Shown here: in pieces, positions 39,489 to 51,339 of the stretch
How positions within the stretch are numbered: the stretch's first letter is position 1
How the letters are laid out: every line of letters starts with the position of its first letter
From: Amphiscolops sp. MND2022
Taxonomy: Eukaryota
Direction of reading: 5' to 3'
Length of the DNA: 64,000 nucleotides
Assembly (NCBI GenBank): GCA_964187785.1
Contig: OZ076409.1
Span: 92,940,001 to 93,004,000, forward strand
The notes under the pieces: generated by a model
What the model was told of the DNA's origin: nothing
What the model saw: only the letters and a program-made list of their open reading frames with translations
Databases searched by the model: none
Made by a program: the position numbers and the translations under genes

Positions 39489-40030
39489 GGTTGCCAGTCT
39501 CTTGGCTTAATACCATTTGGCTTAATTTTTTTGTCGAGTCATTTGGCTTAAAAATTTTGAGCCAAATGACCACAAATTAAGCCAACTCCATTCTAACTCA
39601 AGGAATAAATATGTCAACTCCCGGAAATATCATAATGTCGGGCATATGCGGTGTATGCACGCTCGCCCTCACCGTCGCAAAGACCAGCTCCCACTACGAT
39701 CGCTTCGCGATCTTCGTTCCCGCTAGGTCTTTGCTCCTGTTCGACCTCGCTTAGCAAGATGGGAATAAAAGCGGCCCCAAGGGGCCGCAGGGCACTAGAG
39801 GAAATGGGGGCATATCCGAGGGGTACTTGATATGACATGTTATAATATTACGCTGATTACGTTATAAAGATAAAGTCGACAAAATCTGCCACGTGTTTTC
39901 AACTTCAATGACTTTAAGCCAAGTGACCAATACCCGAGACACTTAGCTTAAAAAAATTAAGCCAAGTGACCAATTGTATTAAGCCAAATGACTTTAAGCC
40001 AAATGGCATTAAGCCAAGTGACCATTTACC
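39489..40030. mobile_element. Nested non-autonomous TIR element with an 8-bp TSD
   Basis: TIRs GGTTGCCAGTCTCTTGGCTTAATACCATTTGGCTTAA and TTAAGCCAAATGGCATTAAGCCAAGTGACCATTTACC. CCTTCGAC occurs at both 39481-39488 and 40031-40038. Confidence 0.8.
39643..39819 (+). repeat. Conserved core, copy 2
   Basis: Contains GATCGC-TTC-GCGATC and GCGGCCCC-AA-GGGGCCGC hairpins. Confidence 0.85.
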
Positions 40031-40266
40031 CCTTCGACCTATTTCCGCCCACCCATTTTCGATCCCGTTCCTTCGACCTACTTCCGCCCACCCCGTGGAA
40101 TCAGGTCTAATGGAATAGATCTAAGAGAGGGGGCAAAACTGAGATCTAAATAAATTGATCTAGATAATCAGGTCTAAAAATCTCTTCTAATTTGATCTAA
40201 TTTGAGATAAAAATTAAGTCAATTAGGATCTAAAACTAAAAAGTGATATAAAGTATAAAACGTGCC

Positions 40267-40441
40267 TCGGATATGTCCCATTTCCTCTAGTGCCCCGCGG
40301 CCCCGTGGGGCCGCTTATATCCCCATCTTGCCTAGCGAGGTCGAACAGGAGCAGAGACCTAGCAGGAATGGAGATCGCGAAGCGATCGTAGTGGGAGCTG
40401 GTCTTTGCGACGTGAGGGCGAGCGTGCATACACCGGATATG
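40267..40441 (-). repeat. Conserved core, copy 3 (inverted)
   Basis: Reverse complement of copies 1 and 2, flanked by different short repeats (GATCTA and GAAACGTTTCGGC). Confidence 0.85.
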
Positions 40442-41183
40442 CCCCACATATCATACGAAACGTTTCGGCAAATGTTTTTAGCCTGAGACGTTTCGGCATA
40501 TTTTTTTGCCGAAACGTCCGCCTCCATGTTTTTGCCGAAACGTCCGGAATCTGAACCACATGTTCCAAATATATAAAAGAAACGTCTCTCTTATTTCGTC
40601 GTGTGCGAAACTAAATTTGTACAAGTCGATGGGCCCATTTCTGTTAATGGTAGTCCCTGTTATCTCTCAACTCGAAAACATCGAAAAAGTATTTAAATGG
40701 ATTGTCCCTTGAAAAATTGTTCATATTACCTCTACCAATGTATATTCAAATCAACAACCTACTGCTACTATCGAAAACACTAGGTGGACAGTATGACTTC
40801 AAATGGCTGTCAGATCTTCTCGCGTTTCTCTCCGTTTCTGCTGGATAGACCTAAGAATAAAACTCTGGAAAACGATTTCTACCAAACTGGCTGACTCTCA
40901 GACTTTCTAAGACTGGATATTACTGACCAATTTTGTTTTCTCTTTTTTTATGTATCAGATATCATGGATCTTCGTCATCAATCAAGTGCCATGTGTATCA
41001 TCATGTTGGGGGGACAAGACACACACCCGTGGTCTGCAACGAAAAAAGGGAACCCCATACCAGCCACTATACTAGTAGACCAGTAACAAAAAAAACAACC
41101 AACAAACTCTTCAAACCAGCCACTATGCAGTCGACCGGTGAAATTTTTTTATAGCTGCTTTGATAAAGGTCAAAAAAACTAGG

Positions 41184-43906
41184 CTATATGTAATAAATTT
41201 CTTCGAACGCATCTCTGTCGCTCACAGTTCCTAGAACACAGGCCGCATTGCCGATCTCAAGAGCCATTGAAATCCGTTGCTTCAAAAAGCTGCCAGCTCG
41301 TTGATCGTCGTGCGAACGACAGAGCAATTTACAGAGACGCGTGATGAAAATTTCACTGCTCTCGCCTAAAGAACCCTGTACTTCCAAGGCCACTGGCTGA
41401 AAAATGTATCCATTGTCTATTAATTCGCGATACTTCTCAATTTTACGCGCTTCAGCCTCGGTGGCGGTGGTTCCCGGGTTGCATAAAGAGCCTTGATTCA
41501 GGCGACTGGGTGCAAGAGCATCCACAACCGTGACATCCCACACCAGCTGTTTACCCATTTCCCAAGGAATCATGGTAACACCGTCTGGGCGCTTGCCATC
41601 AGTTCGGTACAGTCCACGCGGTTCGAGCATTGAAGGCAAGTCGAGAGATCCCAACGTCTGCTTTATGAGGGAATTGAGAGTAGCATGACGTGAGAAGCGA
41701 CCAGCACTCTTGGTGCAAGAAAGACCGTGTAAACCGTCCCGTTCAACTCTTTTACCACAGTGGCACGTATGCGCAACGCAGATGTTGGCACCAAGACGCA
41801 AACCAATTGAAATTCGAAGTTGCTGATCATCAAGTTTCAGGCCTAGGTTCTTGCAAGGAACGACGTTCAGCCATTGAGACCCGAATTTGCCTTGATGAGC
41901 GTTGAAAACTTTCGAACGTTTGTCATCCATTCTAGAAATCAAATCTTGGGCGGTTTTGACGTAGACAGGTTGTGTCCAATTTTTCTGAGTTCCATCGAGA
42001 GGACTTTCCTGTTCATTCGTCAAACTCAACTACTTCTCAAGCGCTTTTGTAAACGAAAAATCTTCGAAAGTTTCCGTGAGAAAATCATCGTGAGAAAGTC
42101 ACTCGCACCAAAAGCTGAGGCCAAAAAGGCGGGAAGTGCTAATAATGATGCGGATGAAACCCCAAGACCACCCATCTCAGCAGGCAGAGCCATCTGAGTA
42201 CTCGAAATATCGTCGAAGTTCACGTTACACACTTTGGAAAGTCCGTCGCGCACGGTTTTGTCATATTTCTCCAAGAGAGCTGGATGATTAAAACATGTAC
42301 TGGTTCTCAGGAAGTACAACAACTTTGGCAAACTGAAGCAATTTTTCAACATAAAAAAACCATAGTGCGCATCTAGTTTTTCAACAATCCCGTTAACTTT
42401 TTCCAGTTCATTAATTTTCTTTTCCAATAGGTCTGCTTGTGATTTCTGACCGAGCGGTGAACCAAGAATGATAAGTTCATCTTTCTTTGGTGTTTTGATC
42501 CCGGGGCAAAGTTTTTGGAAAGATGCTAAAATTGTCGATCGTCGTTTTTCAGTGATGTCACCAGGGAAAAAAATTTCACATTTCGTGGGTTTAATTTTGA
42601 GTCCCAGCGTTCTTTCCGCTTCAACGATTTTTTTGAGATCTTTCAAAACGGTTCGGTAATCATCACTTAAATTTCCATCGTCAAGGTACCATAAGTTTAA
42701 TTTCGACTCCAAACTGTCAATCAGATCCTGAATGGAATCCGAAAACAAAGCTGGAGACTCAGGATCTCCTTGCTGGGTCCCTTCACAAGATTTGATTACT
42801 GAATCACCGTAAAAAAGAAAACTTGGCTGACTGTACGCAGAGTGTGAATACTTATAAACTTCAGGGTGTATTTCAAAAACTTTCTCTAGCATGAATTGCC
42901 GGTTTATCGAATTGAAAGCGTTTTCAAAGTCAATTTTCAAAATTACGTTTTCTTTGGGCTGAGGGTTTTCTATCAAACAACGGAAAACATGTGAGGCCAA
43001 TTCAGCGCCCCTTTTGGTACCTACACCTACTTGTCGATTTCCATATCTTGTTTGACGTGATTCGAAGAGATGGTATCCGGCACATTTTGCGGACAATCGG
43101 CGGAAAGTATTGCCTACTGCGATAGGACGAAGTCCTCCATCGGGCTTTTTTAGCGCAATTAGTTTCGCACCAAAGAAGTACGGCCGAAGTTCGAAAGGTA
43201 CTTTTCCTTCGAGAATCACATTCACAAGATTTGTTAAGGCTCTGAGAAAATTCAGTCCAGTTTGCCCGTTCGACTTCAGCTTAAGGGCAGCGTAGTTGTC
43301 GACCGTGAAATCTGCAATCTTGTCGTCCCCTACTGCCATTCTGATTCCGGCCTTAACATTACCTTCGTCTAATTTAGTGCAAATGGAACGCAGTCGTCGA
43401 TCTAACTCGCTTTTCTGCTGCGGTTTTCTGTCGCGTTTCGGTTTTTTCTCAATGACAACTTCCCGAATACGCTTGTTGATAATTGCACTGAGTGATGACC
43501 TCTGACGTTTACCTCCTCGAGGTGGTTTTTCAAAAAAATAGCTTAGAGAGGAGAGCAGTAAGCACCACAAGGCAATATTTGACTGGGTTTCACAAATATC
43601 ATTAATTTTGGGTATCAAATTTTCAGCTAGGGGGATCCGTGAATTTTTAGGAACTCTTTTCAAGTGAACAACGCCTGAATTAAAAAGGGTGTCTGGTCTA
43701 AAGTTATCATCCTGACATTGAGGGATTGTGTTCACTAAAGAGCACTTACTACATTTAAATTCGGCAAGATTCCGGGCTTCCGTTCTTGATAAATTGGCGC
43801 ATTTTATGTGAACCCATCCGTTGCAAAGCCTACAATTTATCCAGTCTATCAACCCTGAGGGCTTCAGACACTTCGGAGCGTTGCAGGTTTCGTTGTTTTT
43901 CATCAC
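41184..43906 (-). mobile_element. CRE-clade-like non-LTR retrotransposon: PHD finger + RT + CCHC + restriction-like endonuclease (disrupted)
   Basis: C4HC3 finger CNAPKC..WINCRLCNGWVHIKC..FKCSKC; GLRPIAVG, DFENAFNS, GTQQGDP, YLDDG; CHC..HGLSC..RH, RPDG..WDVTV..KIEKY. Frameshift near 42075 and a TAG near 42030. Confidence 0.85.
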
Positions 43907-43994
43907 AACTCAACCTCGAAACCTAACCAATTGCAGGAATACCACATTTGGGTGTGTGCCACTCTCCCCAAAAAACAATCACAACAGTGAAACA

Positions 43995-44229
43995 ATCTTG
44001 GTCAATTGGAGGAACTTCCCATGTCTGATGATGATTGTTCCATGCAGCAAAAGGCAACGGTGCATAAACGAAGCTACTACTCCACAGAAGAACTAATGGG
44101 CCTTAGATTTAAACCTGATTGTAAAGTTAGACCGTCTTGTCTTTCTGATGATTTGTGATGACAATGGTATTTGGGATCTAAGTCTGTGGCATTCCTCGCT
44201 TTTCGGAAAAAGAAACCCAACCAGGTCAA
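43995..44229 (+). pseudogene. Duplicated fragment of the 4E-T gene 5' coding region
   Basis: Near-identical to 44807-45043 with a few substitutions and a 2-nt deletion; no ATG at its start. Confidence 0.9.
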
Positions 44230-44787
44230 ATTTACTGACCAATCAAATTTGAAGAAGAAACTCCTAACTTTTTTGGCAGAATTTCAACAACTTCACCGAA
44301 TCTGACAAGTGTACCTGGAAAATTGCTTGTGATTGCACGATAGATAACTGCAGAAGCAAAACGAACATCTAGAACGTGATTACTGTGGGGCGTAGTCCCT
44401 TGTGTTTATAAACAGTAAATCATTATACTACTATTAATACTTTAGTTTTCTCCATAATTTAAAGTGAAACAGCGGCTCTACTGAATTGAAGTGGGCTCTT
44501 TTTGTTCATTAAATTCTGCCAGTCAACATGGCTCGCATGACTATTGTTCTTTAACCTAATTTCTGCCTCTTCTCTGGGTGTTTCCCTTTCTTGCAGACCA
44601 CGGTTGCGTACCATTTCCCCCTAACATGACCCTCTTGGCACTTGTGTAATGACAATGATCGATTCATCTGAGAGTGTCTCGAAAAACTTGATACTAGTTA
44701 CTGAAATTTAGTGACTAGGAGATACTAGTAACAGTTACCGGTCAACACTAGTACCATTGTTTTAGATTTTTGTTGTTTATCACCAGA

Positions 44788-46551
44788 ATGAGTGGCGAAG
44801 AAGACGATCTTGGTCAATTGGAGGAACTTCCCATGTCTGATGATGATTGTTCCATGCAGCAAAAGGCAACGGTGCATAAACGACGCTACTACTCCACAGA
44901 AGAACTAATGGGCCTTAGATTTAAACCTGATTGTAAAGTTAGACCGTCTTGTCTTTCTGATGATTTCTGTGATGACAATGGTATTTGGGATCCAAGTCTG
45001 TGGCATTCCTCGCTTTTCGGAAAAAGAAACCCAACCAGGTCAAGAGAATTTTCGACAAATTTCAAGAGAAGACCAGACTATCGTAATTCGCTCAGCCAGG
45101 TCAATGATTCGAATCATGTGTCTGTTTTTCTTAAATCTCCACGCCAATTTTGTCCCAGATTGACCCAAAGAAGTTTCAGAAGATATAAATATGAGTCGGC
45201 CGTTGATGATTCACAGTTGAAAAGAAAAGCAGGCTCCGAAAAGATTTCTACGGTGCAAGTTGACTCTGAAGAAACTCATGAAAGAAAATTGTCGGAAAAT
45301 AAATCGGACCCTGGTGAACCAGAGTGGATGTCTGCCTCTAGCGAGCAGTTAGATGACTTCCAATTCGGGGATCTAGAAGAACTCAAGAAGGAGTATAATG
45401 AGAGCATGGATAAGGAAAATGCGTTGAATGCTCGGGATGTCGAATCTCGGATGATGGAAAGTGGGTCTTCGGACAACACTGCCAACGAAACAGAAAACTG
45501 CTGTGACAGCGAAGTCAGTTTGGCCTCTGATCTGAATGTAACTGATTCAAATTGCGAGAAAAACGAAAAAGATGAAATGAAGGCCTTTAATAATTTACTG
45601 CTGAAAATGAAAGACACTTCAAATGGAACAGGATCACCTATCATCAAAACAGAGAAAAATCAATTTGAAGGAGCCAAGCTCATAGAAGGATATAGGTTTC
45701 AACCTACTGCGAAATCAAACGTACAGGAATCTCTGAATCGGTTGAAATACAAGAGAATTTTTGATGAGAAAGTTTCAAAATTGGTTCAAAATGAGATGAG
45801 TTGGCCCAAGTCGTGGAACAGCGATAGAGTGCAAGGAATGACGGAACCCAAATTTCATGGCTTGAATTTGAAAGAAGCAAATACAAAAAATCAACGGAAT
45901 GATGTTAGTTACGAGCAAAGACCTGTGATGAATGTTCCAATCTCTAACTTCATGCCTCAAAACTTTTCTACATTGGAAGCGCTTTTGTTGGAGCAAAATT
46001 TGAAAAACCTAAATTTGAGTGGTCAGAAAGTACCCACAGCTTTGGAGCTCAAGCTGTTGAAAGAAAAAGAAGTTCTTATGGCTCGAATAGCTGCACTGCA
46101 GGCGTTGCAGCTTCCCGCGGCCAACTATGGGTTGAATGAAGCGTCTGCAAAAAATATTTTGCAACTGAATCTGGAAAAACAAGTTCTGGAGTCTCAGTTA
46201 CAGATGTGTACCAAAAACTTGGTGACAGCTCTGCAAGAACAACCAAAAGACGCGAGTTTCGTGAGAGACGATGCCACTCATGCTGCTAATGCACAAGATG
46301 TTAATGCAATTATGCAAGCGAGGACGGAGGCCATCTTGAGATTGAATGGTATAAACTTGCGAAAGCACCCACAACTTGGCCTGTTGAATTTGCCCAATCA
46401 GACGACAGCTGCTGGCAATTTTGTGCATCCCTTGTCTGTTCCTGTTCAGCAGAACATGAGTCATCGTGCTCAATTTGTGAACCAAGACTTGCTTTTGCAG
46501 CAAAAGTTGGCTGAACTACTTCAAGTTCGTGGGTCTTACGGTCAAAATTGA
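44788..46551 (+). CDS. EIF4ENIF1: eIF4E transporter (4E-T/Cup family) homolog, intronless ORF of 587 aa
   Basis: Canonical YxxxxL-phi motif YSTEELM followed by RPSCLS..DDNGIWDP..WH; Cup-homology-like EPEWMS; AFNNLL..MK motif; Q/N-rich C-terminus. These match recalled 4E-T motifs. Confidence 0.82.
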   Translation: MSGEEDDLGQLEELPMSDDDCSMQQKATVHKRRYYSTEELMGLRFKPDCKVRPSCLSDDFCDDNGIWDPSLWHSSLFGKRNPTRSREFSTNFKRRPDYRNSLSQVNDSNHVSVFLKSPRQFCPRLTQRSFRRYKYESAVDDSQLKRKAGSEKISTVQVDSEETHERKLSENKSDPGEPEWMSASSEQLDDFQFGDLEELKKEYNESMDKENALNARDVESRMMESGSSDNTANETENCCDSEVSLASDLNVTDSNCEKNEKDEMKAFNNLLLKMKDTSNGTGSPIIKTEKNQFEGAKLIEGYRFQPTAKSNVQESLNRLKYKRIFDEKVSKLVQNEMSWPKSWNSDRVQGMTEPKFHGLNLKEANTKNQRNDVSYEQRPVMNVPISNFMPQNFSTLEALLLEQNLKNLNLSGQKVPTALELKLLKEKEVLMARIAALQALQLPAANYGLNEASAKNILQLNLEKQVLESQLQMCTKNLVTALQEQPKDASFVRDDATHAANAQDVNAIMQARTEAILRLNGINLRKHPQLGLLNLPNQTTAAGNFVHPLSVPVQQNMSHRAQFVNQDLLLQQKLAELLQVRGSYGQN

Positions 46552-49482
46552 TGCGATCTGTTAGGTTCTCTGAAAACTTACAATTCGAGTTACTGTTCAT
46601 GAGTCGAGTCGGCTTTCTCGCCAGTGCTCCATGATATTATTTTGTTGTTGCTTAGTTAGATAACTTAACGTTGATGAAGATTTGTTTTGTTTTAATTTTT
46701 GAAGCATCACACAGTGACGTGTGAGTTCACCGAGCTTCACGCTGATGCAAACCTCTCTTGGAGGAAGACTTGAAGACTGTTTGTTGCTGATGGGTATTTA
46801 TTATATAAGGACATGATATTGTGTTTGCGTGTTTCTTGCGCTAGACCAAAGCAGTCTATTTCAGTTTAGCCCCGCCTATTAGAAGCCCTGACCCTCGGGA
46901 ACTAGCCTTCCCACTTGTTTGAAGGTGCCTTAAATTTATCTGTATCTACATCGTTGAGTTCTTACATAACCATTGAATGGTGTGTTGTATTGGCTTGAGT
47001 TGTAGTAAATACTTTCTATTTATGATGATTGAAAGTCTTGCATTAAAATCTTTGCTGTTGAAGCAAGTAATTGATTGAAAGTCGAAATCGAAATACAGTA
47101 TCAATTGAAAACTTTTATTGAATCTTGTTTCACTATTAACAAAAGTTTTGCTTAAGAAGTAGCAATCAGATGATCGGACTAGCGCTCCTGGAGAAAAATT
47201 GAAATCCAACTAATTTTTTGCAGGGACACACGTGAAGTTCACCAGGAAATTAAAATTACTTCTTGGGAGCTCAAACTACTTGGCACAAAAAGGAATGACC
47301 CAAGAAACACAAGACACAAAAAGGAAAGACCCAACAACGAGTTTTTGGAATTTTTGGTTTCATGATAGAAGTTTTTCTCTACTGAAATCATAAAAGTGAA
47401 ATTTGTGAGAAACTTTTCCAGAAATTTGTGAAAGAAGCTATCCTGGAAACTCAAAAAGGAACACTTTTTAGACTCGCAAAACAACTTTTCCCGGGTGAAA
47501 ACATCAGAAAACCTAAAGGGGGGTCTTGGTTAAAATCAAGTATATTTTCGAGAAAAGTCGCACAATGTTGAAAAACCCAAGGGAGCCAAAGAAAAACGAA
47601 AGCGCCGACTAACGAAAATAACGGGCTTCAGAAAATAACATTAATTGTCACGCTTGTAACATTTCCGTGAGACAAAACAGTTTTTTTATTCGTATCAACT
47701 AAAACTAGTTTCAAATTGGTTTTGTGGAGTCGATTCTCCAGTTTTGTAAGATACTAGCACCCGTTCGTGCAGACTTGAAAATGACGTTCGTGCAATTTTG
47801 CTCCAATTATAGATTTTTTTTCGAGATACTGCAGAAAATACATGTCACGTATGTTTGATTTCACACTATCGTTTTTCACGTGATTTTTTTTTAAAACTTC
47901 TTGTCAGAAGGCGGCTATAAGTGTATCAGTGTAATTATTGGACCACATCCCAATGTTTTTCTCACTTAGTTCCTTCAAATCTGTTCCATTCAAAATTCAT
48001 TGAGAACTTAGACTGAAAAAATCTAATCGAGTTGTGTGGTTGAAGTTATTCGCTGGCTTGTTGTATCGAGAAGTTAATTTCAGTAGAGACCGCAGGTCGA
48101 GATTGAAATGATTCTCGAGATGCGTGAACAAGGTATCGAATAATCAGTTCAAGCCAAACTGGCGTCAACAAACTTCTCTAAACAGTGCAATAGCAATTGG
48201 TTATTGCACTGTTTCGTCTGTTAATGCACTGATCATATACTAAACCTGTTAGATTCAAGTTAAGTTATTCAATTGACTGTTCACGCACAAGTGTGGCTTA
48301 ATGTTCAGTAATCTCTGGATTTATTGAAAAATACCGAATGTTTTTGTTGCAAAATACCCTTTGGCAAGAATTCAATCACTCAGAAAGCATGTCGTATTCG
48401 AAAGATTTTGTCTCTAGTTACTAACAGTGCAAAGAAACACCTGTTCGGTCTTCGAGTGTTCTAGAAAGGTTTCTAAAAAGTGTTGAGTACTATTTTCTAA
48501 AACAGAAGTGGAAACTAAAATCAAATTTGTTCAAACTGTTCACGATTCAATAGAAAGACGTTGAACTGAAGAACTGAACGTTATTGAGCTTTCCTTCGTG
48601 TTGTTATTTTCGAATTGACTAAAGAATTCTGTTATTGAAAGTTTGTTACTGAAAGATTTTTTGACACTTGTGAAGTTTCGAAACAGTCTCCTTATCAATA
48701 ACTGTACGATACAATTTCTGATCTACAAATAAACATGTAGTTTTCAATTCCAGATTGTTTATCAACAAATTGCCATTAGATTAGATCGAAACTCGGTAGA
48801 GTTCTGGACGGATGTACCCTATAAATCGAGAACTCTTTCGAACCACTGAAATAATGGTTGATGTTTTTCTGCTGCATGGTCACGGCGGTTGTTGTCCGCG
48901 CATCAATCGCTCAGCACTGCCAAGAACGAATTCTCACTAGATCCGAATCCCCCGATTGTTACTATGACAAAGGATATAAACTCAAATCTGGTTTGTTGAC
49001 AAAGGTCAGCCAAAGCAGCCAATTTGCACACGTACTCTACTTCTTCCCCTGATCTGCTAATGACGATAGATTGCAGCGGACAAATTAGGGTAACGTCTAC
49101 AGCTGCTGGTGACCTGTACACCCAGTTTGGGATAGAAATATACAGAGGTACTCCGTCCATTTTGCAACTGAAATTCAGACCAAAAGTCCGGAAATGACAT
49201 TTAAAAAGCCTTATTTTTGTGGACAGTTCCACTTTGGTCCAGTTTTAGGTCGTTCCTTTTAGCAACTTAGAACGGAGTACAAGACATGTGGCAGACACTT
49301 TCCGATGCCCCTGGGATCAGAATTGAACGTTTCGGAATGACCTATGGGACCGGTCATCTTTTATCTCATTTTCAGGCATAAAGTATTGTCTGTGTCGGTT
49401 GTGGAGTAGTCAGTGAAGCTGTTTTTAGGTAGCACTTTATGAAATAAGACGTGACCTTTTCACTGACTTTTAGTCATGTTTG

Positions 49483-50025
49483 TTTTTAGTCGGCGCATTT
49501 TAGTAGAAAATGTTCCCGACTATTACAGTGGGTAGTGTTTTTTAGACACGAAAGGTCCACTTTTTGTTCATTTGTTCAACAACCTCCACAACTTCAAACC
49601 TCAACAACTTCAACCTCAGAAGCGTCCAAAACGAAAAGAAAAAACAGAACAGACGTCCACAACCTCGAAATCACACTAAGGAACCCCCTTTTTTTCGGAA
49701 CTATGCGACTTTTTGAAACTTTTTGGATTGAAATTTTTTCCCCAGAGGGTCCCCCCTTCAATTTTTTTTGATGTTTTGCAACACAATGGATGTCAAAAAA
49801 TCGCAAAGGGTCCCCCCTTTTACATTTTTCGGCACTGTGACACTGTTCAAAAATCTCAATAAAAAAATTTTCGGAAATTTTTTCATGTCTCCAAAGGGTC
49901 CCCCCTTCAATTTTTTTTAAAAATTTTTTGCAACCAGCTGGAGTTTCACAAAGCCCGAAGAGTCCCCCTTTTAAATTTTGAGCCTTAGATATGGCGCCGA
50001 CATTGGCCGTTCACGGCTTGTTTTT
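49483..50025 (+). mobile_element. HINE-like repeat, copy 5 (opposite orientation)
   Basis: TTTTTAGTCGGCGC...CCCGACTATTACAG at the start; GGCGCCGAC plus a GCCGT-TC-ACGGC hairpin plus TTGTTTTT at the end. Confidence 0.7.
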
Positions 50026-50440
50026 AATCTGTGAATATTTTATGCCGAATGCCAAAAAGTCCAAACTTCTACTAGAACTCAACTAATTGGCAAATAAATC
50101 AAAGGGTCTCCACTTATTTACTCCAATTAAAAAAACAGTGGTGAGTTAACCGTTCTATTTCACAACTTTCAAGATCATCAAATTGACAGAAACCTCATAA
50201 AATGTTACATATATTGTAAAAGGGTGAACTTCTTTTATAATGAGGCACATTAGAAGAATACAGCCGCAAATAAACCAGGTACTTAAAACAGTTTTAACCC
50301 AACTTTAAATTGAATAAAATTTTAACAAACACTTTTAAAACTTCAAACCTCTGTTTGCTGCTGGGAATAAATATTTGATGATAAAGTAGGGGATAGTAGA
50401 AAAATAAAGGAATTTGTTCGCATGCAGAGCAGGGAGTTGG

Positions 50441-50878
50441 CTACTCCTGAGACCAGAAGTCGCGGTCGGATGAACAAATGTTCTCGAAATGCCGAACGCT
50501 CTGTGTAAGCTCCATCGGCGAGAATCCCGTGCGAACACGCTTCAGTTTCGGGAACTTTTTACAGAGCTCGTATATTCTTTTTGCCTCCGCGACTTTGGTC
50601 TTTCCCAGGAAGACACCGAACTTCTGAAGCTCGCTGGCAATGCGAGCGCAATTTTTTGGTGCGAGTTGGTGCTGGAGCACTTCCACAACCATTCCCCCGA
50701 TATAAAAAACTTGGTCTATCAGACCTGAATTCTGCTCGCGCTCGAGCTGAAGTATATTTCGGCAGACTTGCCCGAAGTCCACAGAACGATCGAATAAGTT
50801 TTCATTCCGTAGCGCAGGTGATGATGACGGTGATTGCAAGCCGGACAAAAGTTTCTCTTTAACTTTGGCCTCTGTCAA
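50441..50878 (-). CDS. Polinton-associated hypothetical protein
   Basis: 145-aa ORF co-oriented with the Polinton genes; no motif recognised. Confidence 0.4.
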   Translation of the reverse strand: MTEAKVKEKLLSGLQSPSSSPALRNENLFDRSVDFGQVCRNILQLEREQNSGLIDQVFYIGGMVVEVLQHQLAPKNCARIASELQKFGVFLGKTKVAEAKRIYELCKKFPKLKRVRTGFSPMELTQSVRHFENICSSDRDFWSQE

Positions 50879-51339
50879 TTGACGTTTCCGTCTTTTTGGG
50901 ACAGGGGCCGCATCGGAGGTGACTTCGGGAGACTATATGCTCTCTTCTGTAGCTGTCTCTTCCTGCTGCTGTTCTGGAAGCGGCTGCAACAAGAGGTCGT
51001 TCAGAAATGAATTAAACAATGGCAAGCTCATTTCCGCATTGGCCGGGGTAGGAACACGGGACCCTGTCCGCGAGCTCACAGAGAGCATTGCGGAAACCGA
51101 ACGTAAGATGCTATCAGCACGTTCGAACTGGTTTGGTGTCACAACCAAACCCGTTAACGAGTTTCGCAGCTGCATAAAAGCTGCTCTAAGGCTACTCGGC
51201 AACTGAAACAAAAACAACGAACATACTGAACACGTAAATTACTATACTTCACATAAAACATTGATAAAAATTATGTCAGTAAAGCTGCACAGTCAAATTT
51301 TACAAACGCTGAGCTTAAATATTATCATGCGCTATCTTG

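Larger units (their letters stand above)
38663..40054. mobile_element. Non-autonomous TIR element with a 9-bp TSD (MULE/Merlin-like)
   Basis: Ends GGGTGGCTGTAAATAGGTCGAA and TTCGACCTATTTCCGCCCACCC. ATTTTCGAT occurs at both 38654-38662 and 40055-40063. Subterminal GATCGAA repeats. Confidence 0.75.

Noticed and set aside
39770..39798. GC hairpin followed by CTAG resembling a Helitron 3' end
   Set aside because: Homology among the three core copies continues about 20 bp past CTAG and the next base is A rather than T, so it is not a terminus.
38894..40568. Repeated short ORFs (…EVEQEQRPSGNGDREAIVVGAG…)
   Set aside because: They are translations of the non-coding repeat core, with inconsistent starts and ends among copies.
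48858..49052. Short ORF with a signal-peptide-like start
   Set aside because: Only 64 aa with no recognisable domain or supported exon structure.
49405..49410. AGTAGT as the Polinton terminus
   Set aside because: A 6-mer alone is not evidence, and the partner TIR is outside the window.
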